Positions 10,201 through 22,200 of a stretch of DNA of 64,000 nt are shown in pieces. The position numbers were made by a program, and so were the translations under genes. Source of the stretch: a virus (lineage: Duplodnaviria; Caudoviricetes); IMG/VR virus record IMGVR_UViG_3300017763_003980. The stretch is one strand, 5' to 3'. The stretch's first letter is position 1. Each line of letters opens with the position of its first letter. The notes under the pieces are model-generated. The model had not been told where the DNA came from. It did no database searches and saw only the letters and a program-made list of their open reading frames with translations.

Positions 10201-13200
10201 ATTCACCTTAGGAACATTAAGCGAAAAAAGTGTAAATGTCTATTTAAATGGAATTCAACTAACACACGGCAAGGATTATACTTTTAATAGTGATGGGTAT
10301 GCTGTAATTACTGCAACAAAATTTGTTAATGATATTATTGAAATTTACGAATATGAAAATACTGACGGTAGCTTTATACCAGCTACTCCAACGAAATCAG
10401 GACTTTATCCTAAGTACTATCCTGAATTAATTATAGATGACAGTTTTGTCCAAGAGGGCACACTGGAAACAGGTCCATTTAAACTCTATGGAAGAACAGA
10501 ACAAACAACAAAATCTTACAAAGGAAAAGTAGGCTGGTTCTACCCGTTGTACACTTCTAAAGAAGAAGCTATAGCTGCAGATTCTGATTCTAGTGCTGAT
10601 ACTGGTACTGCTCATATGCATGTATTTGAAGGACTGTCACAAGTATTTTGGATGCCAGACACACAAATGAATCATGCAACAGTTGATGATTTATCACTAG
10701 AAGAGTATCCACGTGGCGTAGCTATGATAAGGGGCCACGATGGTAGTTATGTCAAGGCATATAAAGATTTTAGAGATGAACTACTGTTAGAATTAGAAAG
10801 AAGAATTTTTAATAACATAAAAGTAGAATATGATATTAATCGATTAGATATAAATGAGTTTTTAGGCGGAGAATATAGAAAATCAGAATTTACTCGACAT
10901 GAAGTTAATAGCACTTTACTAAGTGATTTTATTCAATGGACACGTGGTATTGATAAAGATTATACTGTAAATGACTTTTATAATATTAACAATAGTTTTA
11001 CTTTTAATTTTTCAAGTGCAAAAACTCCATTAGGTAATGATGTACCTGGTTTTTGGAGAGGAGCATATCTGCATGCCTATGGAACTGATAGGCCTAATGC
11101 TACTCCTTGGGAAATGCTTGGATTTACAATGAAACCAAGTTGGTGGGACACAACTTATGGTCCTGCTCCTTATTCAGGAGATAACTTAGTTTTATGGAGA
11201 GATCTAGAAGAAGGCAGAATAAAAGAACCAGGAAAAGCAGAAGTAGTAAATGGAAAATATGCTAGACCTGGATTAACAAATCATATACCTGTAGACAGTC
11301 AAGGAAGATTAAAGTCTCTTACTAAGAGTAATTTTGCACAAGGTTTTTTAACTAGACAGGGATCTAACGGATTTAAATTTGGAGATGTTGCGCCTGTAGA
11401 AAGTGCTTGGCGCAGGAGTGCTGAATATCCATTTGCAGTTTTATCAGCATATCTTCTAAATAAACCTGCTAAAGTTATGGGATTAGGGTTTGACGTAAGT
11501 CGAACTAAGAAAAATCTTGCAAATCAATGGGTTTATGCTGAAACTAACAAGCCAATAAAATTGTCTAGTGTAAAAATGCCTAATACTTATAACGATGAAG
11601 TAAGGACACTTACATGTGGTTTAGTAAATTACATTTATAACCTTGTATCTAGTGATATTCTTACTTTGTATTCTGAATATAAATCTGACTTAGCGGTACT
11701 TACAAATCAAATTGGCTTTAAAGTAGGTGGGTTTACTGATAAAACTAAATTTAATCTTATACTAGATAGCAGATCGCCTACTCAACAAGTAGATCGAGAT
11801 GGTATTTTTGTACCCCAAGAAAGTTTTAAGGTTTTTACAAACACAAGTAGTCCTCTTACTATGGCAATATACAGTGGTATTGCTATTGAAAAAGCTGCCA
11901 ACGGTTATATTGTAAGAGGGTACAACAATACTGTTACACATTTCGAATATTATGCTCCGATAATTGGAACATCTAAAGTAAATGTTTCTGTAGGTGGAAT
12001 TTCAGAAACTACAGCAGATTTTAAAGCAAATACGTTTTATGCTAAAGGAACAATAATACAAGAGGAACGTGATTTTTATAGAGTTACAGAAGATTTTACT
12101 AGTGGTGAATCTTTTACTACTGAAAACGTAGCTAGATTATCTGAACTTCCAGAAGTAGGCGGAAGAACTGCTGAATTTAAAAGAGATTTTGATAAGTCAC
12201 AAATACTTAAATTAAATTACGGAACAAGATTAGCAACAATACAAGAAGTTGTAGATTTTATACTAGGGTATAATGATAGATTAAAAGATTTAGGATTCGA
12301 TTTTAATGAATTTAATTCTAATACTGAAACAGTATCTAATTGGTCAGAATCTTGTAAAGAGTTTATGTTTTGGACAACCCAAGGGTGGGCATCAGGTACA
12401 CTAATAGTTTTAAGTCCTTCAGCAAATCAAGTTTCTTTTACAAGATCGTTTAGTGTAGTTGACAATCTAAATGATCCATTTTATGATTATAGCATTTTTA
12501 AGGCAGACGGGCAACCGTTGGATACAGATTTTATATCATACAATAGAGATGGAAATTCTTTTGTTTTGGAAACTGATGATACAGATGACGGTGTATATCA
12601 TACTGCTTTACCATTAGTGCAAAAAGAGCATGTAGTTTTATTAGAAAACAAAACATCGTTTAGTGATATTATCTATGAACCTAAGAGCGGATATAGACAA
12701 GATAGGCTTAAAGTAAGTGGTTATAAAACTGATGAATGGAATGGTGGATTGAACCTTCCAGGATTCCTTTATGATGAAGCTACAATTACAAATTGGACTC
12801 AATGGAAGGATTACAAGATTGGCGAAATAGTAAAATATAAACAATTTTATTATGTAGCAACAGTAAACATTTCAGGAACTAAGTCATTCGAAGCTAAATC
12901 ATGGTATCAGTTGAGTGAAAAACCAGAACCAGAATTAATAGCAAACTTAGATTATAAAGCAGGACAATTTGCTGATTTCTATGACTTAGACTCTGATGGA
13001 TTTGATAAAGAACAACAAAAATTAGCACAGCATTTAGTTGGATATCAAAAAAGGCAGTATCTAGCAAACATAATTAATGATGATATTAGCCAATATAAAT
13101 TTTATAGAGGATACATTGCAGATAAAGGAACAATGAATTCTTTAACAAAATTATTTGAGTCTCTTGCAACTACTAATACAGAAACAGCTTTAGACTTTTA

Positions 13201-16200
13201 CGAAGAATGGGCAATACAAACAGGTAGATATGGTGCTACAGAATCTGAAAAAGAAATAAGAATTAACTTAAAACAAGACAGTTATACAGAAGCTCCTCAA
13301 TCTTTTGAATTAATTAATACATTACCTGACACTAACTTTGAAAACATTTATAGAATTTTACCTAATGAAATGTTCGATAAGCCTTTTGATTATACACACG
13401 AACCATTTCCTACTAAGTTCATACCAAGTAAAGATGAAGTTATAAAAACCGGCGGCAATGTAAATGAAGATGACGTAGATTTTCTTGCAGGATCTATTGC
13501 AGAATTAAGTTTAGGCGATGTTAATGCTGCCGGGCATGGTGATTATATTTGGGTAATAGAAACAGGAAAAGGCACTTGGAACGTATATCAAGTTGTTCCT
13601 GCAAATGTAAATGTAATAAGTGCAAGAGTAAGAAACGATTCGCTATCAACTGACGGCATGAGATTAATTGAACTTACTACTGATAGATATGTCGATATTA
13701 GATCAGACAATAAGGCACCTTTACTATTACAAAGTGATATTATTGGTATAAAAGATGCTGACGAGTTTAAGTTAAGTGGTATGTATGCAATAGAACAAGA
13801 TGGCATAGAACTTAACAAAATAACAATAAAAGCTGATATTACTTCTAATGTAACCGATTTCTTAGAGCAATCATTTCCTCTTGTAAAACTTAGGACTGTT
13901 AGAGTTCCTACCTTAGATTTCTTAACAAGACAAAGATATAACTTTTTAACTAAACAAAGAATTTGGGTTGATAATTTAGATGGAGACTGGGCAGTTTTAG
14001 AAAATAATCCTGTTTTTAGAAATGAGCAAACAATACAGAATCCTACAGAATGGGATAGTACATCTCAGAAATTTGGATCAAATTTCACAGTTACTAATGA
14101 TAATAATAATTTGTTTGTAACTGCTTCAGGTGATAGCAATGGTAAAGTACATTATTACAGACGTACAAATGAAAAAAATAATTTCTCTCTAGATGCAACA
14201 ATACAAATTAATTCAGACGATAATCTATTAAACGGATCAGCTTCTAAATTAGGTGAAAGTATTTCAATAAGTTCAGATGGGGAATACTTAGTAGCCGGCA
14301 TGCCCGAAGCAACTGGAGTAAAAACTAAATTCAAAGGAGACTTTGATAAAAGTATCACATATACAAAAGGTGATATAATCAAGTATAGAGAAAGTTTATG
14401 GAAAGCCAACAGAGAGATCTTACCAGAAATAGCTCAGCAACCATTTACTACTTTTGATAGTTATGTAAATTTAGCTTCAGTAGCTGACGGCGATAGCACA
14501 ACACTTCAGTTACTTGTTGCTGGCGATCCAGGCTTAGCTAATAATATGGTAGATCATATTTTAGTAAGAGCTCCAAAAGATATGTATTTGGGTACATCAC
14601 CTGGAGACATAGTAAACTTGTATTGGAACACACGAAGCTATGCATTTCCTACGCTAGATTCATATACGCCATTTAATAGTCAAATTCCTGAAATTACAGC
14701 AACGTTTATTTCTCAAAGTCATCCTATTATACATAAAGTTGATCATGTTTTAAAGATTGACACTTTTGTTACTTTACCATCTGTTGGACAAACTGTTACA
14801 ACAAATACAGGTAGTGGTACAGTTGTATATGTAGGTACAAGAGATCAAAGTGCAGTTATATACATCGGAGACGTAAACGGGATTTTTAGTATTTCCGGAG
14901 AGTTGTTTATTAATGAAGAAAGCTTTGTAGGTTTTTATAACTATACAGATACTGCAAACACAAATAGTTCAGTAGATGGATTTTGGTATTTAAATACAGG
15001 GTTCTCATATAGCAATAACAGTGTTTACTATGACACTGGTCGAGGACTAGTGTATGCAGATGTAAGATTACAAACTAGTAGTAGACCTTTGAATGTATAT
15101 TCTAATATACAAAAATCAGTGGGCTACATAGGTGCTTATGTCAATTTGAAAGACAGAGCAAGTTACATTACTCATTTATCATATAGAGGCGATCCAGGTG
15201 GCGTAGAAGCAGATCAGTTGTCTAATAAATTTGTGGTGCGAGGCGCAAAAGAATACACTGATGTTTTAAATGTCGGTGATCAAACAGAATTTAGATTATA
15301 CAATTTAGATAACAGAATAATTGATGTAGAATCTGCAGGTTTTAGTTTTGATATTTTTAATAAAAATCAAACAGTAGTTGATCTATGGGATGGATATATA
15401 GATTTTACATTTGATGAGTTTGACTTTAGTGGAAATGTTTTTGAACCACAAGTTGGTGATATTATTAGTGATGTGCAATTTCCAAATGATGGACAAGGCG
15501 GACTAGCAATTACAACTTCTACAACTAGTACAGCAGAAGTTATGTTTTATAGACGTAACTTTAATAGTGTAAGAGTTTATGTAAAAGCGTTATCTGGTGA
15601 TTGGGGTCAATTAGCTAATATTGGAAAATACTCAATTCAAAGAAATGCGAATGCAAGCTTGCGTGGCGATGCAGATGTTGACAGATTAATGGGAACAGTA
15701 AGTAATGTACTTAATGACATTGCAGTAGGAACAACAACTGTCGGAAAATTAATTGTGTTTGAACACTCTAGTAATTTTCCTGTTGTAAGTAATCCTGAGA
15801 TAGTCGACGAAGAATACTGGTTCTTTAATGAAAACACAGAACAAGGTATTTCACGATTGCCTAATCCACCGTATAGTCTAAACAAAGATTATAGACAAGT
15901 ATACAACATTCCTGCAGAATCTGCTGGTACAGCCGGTCCAGATAATGAAGGAGCAGTTGCTATCTATAGGCGCACATCAGACGGCAACTATACTCGTTTA
16001 CTAGTACTTGTGTCAGAACATAGAAAAGCAAACAGAGGGTTTGGCAAGAAAGTAAAAATTGTTCAAAAAGGTGACTACTATACACTTGCAATATCAAGTG
16101 AAGGACTCGGAACTAGAGAAGATCCAGGTAGCATAGAATTTTTTAGGCATGGAGTAAGGGCTACTGATAGTTTTATAGGCCCGTACAGACCAACTGAAGT

Positions 16201-19200
16201 TTATGCAATTGGCGATATAGTATTATTTAACGATGAATATTATAAGTGTATTCAAGTTATTGCAACAACAATTTCAAATATTTCAAATCCTGATGTATGG
16301 GAAAACATTAGTTGGAAGTCTGGTAAAGATCAAAACTACAGAGGAGTTTGGGATAATACTTACAGCTATGCAAAAGACAGTGTTGTAAATTATAATAATA
16401 CCCTTTATTCAGCAAAAACTAATTTGGCTGAAGGAGTTGCATGGTCATTAGATAAATGGGAAGCAGTTTCTACAAAACTTGACTATACAGGAGTGTTGCC
16501 TAATACAACAGCAAATGCATTTTATGGAGAGGATACGTTTGATCCTATTCAAAATATTACTCAGTTTAGTCAAGATTTTGACATCAGTGCAGACGGTGAT
16601 GTATTAATTACTACAAGTAAACAAGAATTAACTGATAGTACTAGAGACATTGCTGTCCTTGTATATAGAGAAATTGACGACAAGTTTTTATTGGATCAAA
16701 CAATTACAGAAGAAACTACTGTAGATGGATTTGCAGATAAAGTAAGTCTGCATCCAGCAGGCAGAAAGATAGCTGTAAGTAGACAGCTCGATGATCGTAG
16801 TGCAATAGATCAAGGATCGGTTTTAGTTTACACACAAAACTCAGACGGTAAATTTGGTACGGTAGTAGATTCTGTAAAAGGAATAACAACACCTAATCAA
16901 ACATTGAGACCATCACAAGATGAAGTTTCAGAAAAATTTGGATATGCTATTGATTATAGTACAGACCATTTGCTAATTAGTAGCCTTAATGGTGATCAAG
17001 TAATTCCTACAAGATTCGATACTTACGAAGAAACACTTCCAGCAAATAGTCCATCTGATCCATCAGGCCTGGGATCAAAATATGTACTTGATATGAACAG
17101 TGCAAGTAAAGATTTTGAAACTACTTTTGATAAAGAATTTACAACTTTCAAAAATCAAAAAATGGACAAGGGTGTAGTTTATGTATATGAAACATTAGGA
17201 CCAAACGAAGTTGAATCAGAAAAGTTTGTTTATCCTCTAACACAAACAACGTTCGGCGAAAAAATACTAGCAGTAGGCAATCATGTTTATATAGGGATGC
17301 CACAACAATTTGGCGATGATAGTACATCACCGTTAGTTGCTGATACAAGAGGAGCAGTTGTTGATTTTAGGAAAAATAATAATTCTAAAGCCTGGGATAA
17401 AATTAGGTCAAGTGTTGTTCCTGCTGATGTAGAAAAAATTAAAGGATCATTCCTTTATAACAAAAGAAATCAACAAATTATTACATACGTAGACTTTATT
17501 GATCCTGTTCAAGGAAAGGTAGCAGGAATTGCAGAAGCTGAGATAGACTTTAAAACTACATATGATCCAGCATTTTATAATACTGGCGAACTTGCCGATA
17601 ATAATGTTGATCCTAATCAGCATTGGGCTGAAAAGTATGTTGGAAAAGTTTGGTGGAATATTGGCAATGCAAGATTTGCACATTCTTATCAAGGTACTAC
17701 AAATTTCCAAAAGAATAATTGGGGTAAGCAATTAGGCGATTCTATAATTACAGTTTATGAATGGGTAGAAAGTCCATTCTTGCCAGAAACATGGGACGGA
17801 TTAGCAGATACAGATGCAGGATTAAAGAGAGGTATTAGTGGTGTAAGTTTACATGGTAATACAAAGTATACCACTAGACTTATATATGACTCTATAAGTA
17901 AGCAATTTAATAGTTTATACTACTTTTGGGTAGAAAATAAAAGAACTATTCCTATTAATAAACATAGAAATTTAAGCATTAAACAAATTGCTAGTTTAAT
18001 AGGTGATCCACAGACGCAAAAATATAGATATCTAAGTTTGTTTAGTAAGAACAAGTTTATGTTGGTAAACTGCAATGATCTTATAACAAGTGACGATGTT
18101 GTACTTGTTATAAAATATACTAACGATTCTACAGCAAAACAACGACAAAATACACATAGTCAATATCAAATATTATCAAAAGGATTAGACACAAGTGTAG
18201 TTAATGCTGACATTGAAAACAAATGGTTTGATAGCTTAATTGGTTTTGATAAACAAAAACGCCCTGTGCCAGATATGACTATTCCTGTAGCAGGCAGATA
18301 TGGAGTACAGAACAAACCAAGACAAGGTATGTTTGTTAATAAAGCAGAAGCTTTGAAACAATTCATTGAACGGGTTAACATAGTTTGTAAAGCTAATTTG
18401 CTTACTGATGAATATGACCTTTCTAAACTTAGTTTAAAAGAACCATTGCCAACATTAATAAGTGGCGAATACGATACTAAAATTAGTAACTATTCTGAGA
18501 TTGGGTTTGTAAGTACAAGTAAGGTACGTCCTGCAAAACTTACACCTGTAATACAAAACGGAAAAATTATAAGCGTAACAATTACTGATAGCGGAAGAGG
18601 ATATAAAACTGTTCCTCCTTTAAAATTATCAGGATCAGGAAAAAATGCAGAATTTAAAATAACAATTGATACGGCAGGACAAATTTCAAACGTTGAAGTA
18701 ATAAATCAAGGTAGTGGGTACGATCAAAATACACTTATTATAGTACGAAGATATACAGTATTAGTTGAAGCTGATTCTACAGTATTTAATAAATGGTCAC
18801 TATATTCTTGGAACGAAGTAGAAAACAATTGGTTTAGAAGAAGTATACAAGATTATGATGTAACTCAATTTTGGAATTACATTGATTGGTATGCAACAGG
18901 TTACAATCAATTTACCGAAATAGATGATATTATTGAAGGAAGTTATCTACTTACTAGCTTAGAGAATCAAGTTGGTTCTGTTGTTAAAATTAATAGTATT
19001 GGCGCAGGAGGGTGGTTATTACTTGAAAAAATTGCAGATGAAGACACTGAAGATTATACTGTAAATTATAAAACTATAGGTAGACAAAACGGAACAGTAC
19101 AGTTTAGTGATAAACTTTATGATTATGCAAAAAATACTGTAGGGTTTGATAATAGAAGTTTTGATAGCTATTTTTATGATAGTATACCTATTACAGAATT

Positions 19201-22200
19201 GCGTACAATCTTAAATACAATTAAGGATCAAATTTTTACAGGAAGATTAGCAGTTGAGTATAATGAATTATTTTTTGCAAGTTTGCGTTATGTTCTTGCA
19301 GAACAAATATCTGCAGATTGGTTATTCAAAACAAGTTTTGTAAAAGCAAAACATAACTTAGGACCGTTATATCAAGATAAAACTTTTAACAATAATAATC
19401 TTGCAAATTACGAATCATATATTAACGAAGTGAAACCGTACAAAACAAATGTTAGAGAGTTTGTAAGTAACTATAATAATATTGAGCCTACTAACACTAC
19501 TGTTAGTGATTTTGATTTACAACCTGAGTACGACAAATTAAGTAAGTCTATAGTTACTAGCAATGCTTCAGTTATTGACGGCAAAGTGGTAAGCCCTCCA
19601 GGAAGTTCAGCATCTTATCCTCGCAGACACTGGTTAGAAAATAACAGCTATAAAGTTACAGAAGTTGTTATAGCAGATTCAGGTTCAGGATATACATATC
19701 CTCCTACAATTAAATTTACTAGTAATTCAGGGTCAGGTGCAACAGCAAAAGCATACCTTGCTTACGGCAAAGTTAGCAAAATTGAAATTATTACAAAAGG
19801 TAATGATTATATTACATCGCCAACTGTAGTAATTGAAGGACCACAAACAAATGCAGGCACGCCAGCTAAAGCAACTGCTATATTAGGCGATGGTGTTGTA
19901 AGAAGCCCTAAAATTATAAGCAAATTTGACAGAGTATCAGGTACTGTTTATTATACAGCATTAAAAGAAGAATTTTATGCAACTGGTTCTGGAGATACAA
20001 CCATTTATAACTTAGAATGGCCTATGGATTTGTCAAGCACAAAGGTAAAAATTTCTATAGGAAAAACAAATGATACATTAATAGAACAGCTTAGAAGCAA
20101 GTACACATATAAAAATATTGTTGATACTTCAAAAACATATGCAAGACAACAAGGACAAGTTGTATTTTCTGAACCGCCAGCAGTAGGCGACATTATTAGA
20201 ATTGAATATTATAAACCTTTAAGTTTACTTACAGCTCAAGATAGAATTAATTTTGCCTATAATCCAACATCTGGCATGTTTGGAAAAGATCTATCTCAGC
20301 TTATGACAGGAATTGATTACGGCGGTGTACAAGTAAAAAGTTTCGAATTTGATCAGCCATCAGGATGGGACACAGAAGGCTGGTACACTGATAACTGGGA
20401 CACGTATGATAATACATATGAAGACCAAATCTTTACATCGGATGGATCTTCGACTGCTGTAATTTTAGATACTCCATTAGAAAATGGAATAATGTATAAC
20501 TTCTATAAAAATGGTGTTAGAATAGATGATCCAAACTATGATGCAAGTACAGAAATTACTAATCCTACAGCGATAACAAATTCTATAATTGGAGATGGTA
20601 CTACCCGATTACTTGATCTAGAAGAAATGGGTGTAAGACTGCTAGATAATGACATTTTTATTGTAAGAAAAACTACTAGTGACGGAAGTGTACTTCCTGA
20701 TGCTGATAGTTATGATACAGCGTTGTCAGGCGGCGATCTTGCATATAAAACTGCTACAGGAATTAAAGCAGAAGACATTATTGTAGATGGCGACGGATTT
20801 GTAACTCCTACTACAAGTGGAGGACCAGAAGAATTAGTTCCAGGACAAGTACTTGATACACTTGATATTAAGGTGTTTACTAGAGACAGTGACGGACAAG
20901 GACAAATATACAGTCAAAGTTTTATTATGACCAATAATACAACATATAATTTAGGAGTTATACCTAGAACTGCACCTGCTGTAATAGTAAAAGTTGCAAA
21001 TGTAATATTAGATAGCTCTCAATATACTATAGACTGGAATAATAATAACGTAACTCTTAATACAGCAACTCCTGGTGCTGAACTTAATATTATAGCAATG
21101 GCCCAAGGCGTACAAAAATTATTAGATTTTGGCCAAGGTGTTTCTACAGCTGGGCAATCAGACTATCTTACTACAGTTGATTGGCAAACAGGTGTAAGTG
21201 TTTTTGTGAGTGTCAATGGTGTAGCAACAGACGTAGAAATATTTAACAGTGAAGACAGTGGAGCACCTATAGCTAAAGTTGGCATAAGATTTAAAACTCC
21301 AAGAACTGTAAGTGGTGAAAAAATACATTATTCTGTGTTTAGTGATAAAACAAAAGTTAATTATAGTCAAGTTAGTAAAGATGAGTTTACCGCTGACGGT
21401 ACAACTAAAGCATACACACTGTCTACTACACCGTTTTATGCACAGCCTAATGAACATAATATAATTGTAAAAGTTGGAAATAGAATTTTAAATCCTGGAT
21501 ATAATATTCAACATACCGTCGAAGATAATAACAGAACATACAAAATTGAAACTTTCCAACAACCAGTTGGAGCAAATGCTGCATCAGACATGAGGGTATT
21601 TGTAAACGGAGTAGAAAAATTTACACCAAACGAATGGAGATTTGATATTGCCAATAGTGCTATTATTTTATCAGATGAAACTGGTGTAAATGGAGATACA
21701 GTAGAATTATTTGCTATCACAGACGGCGAATATAGAGTAACTGGCAATGTAGTTACTTTAGATGCTACACCTAATGATCAAGATAAAATAGAAATTATGC
21801 AATTTTCAAACCACGATTTGCTAGGTATAGAGAGAATAAATTATGATGTTGTAAATAGAACTTTGTTATTATCAGAAGAAATACAGCAGCAAACAAAATA
21901 TAATAGATTAACAGTTGGTGAAATTCCGTTACGTAAACAGATTGTTGATGCACAGTATGCATGGGTAAGTGTAAATGGCGAACTACTTACTCCTAGTGTA
22001 GATTATTATGTAACAGATGATAGAATGAAAATACAACTAGTAAAACGCCCAGCAAAAAATGATGTTATAGACATAATTCATTTTAGTCAAAATATAAGTA
22101 CTAAAAAGTTTGCATATAGACAATTTAAAGACATGCTTAACAGAACACACTTTAAGCGACTGGATAAAGAGGCATCTATATTACGTTATCCGCTAACAAG

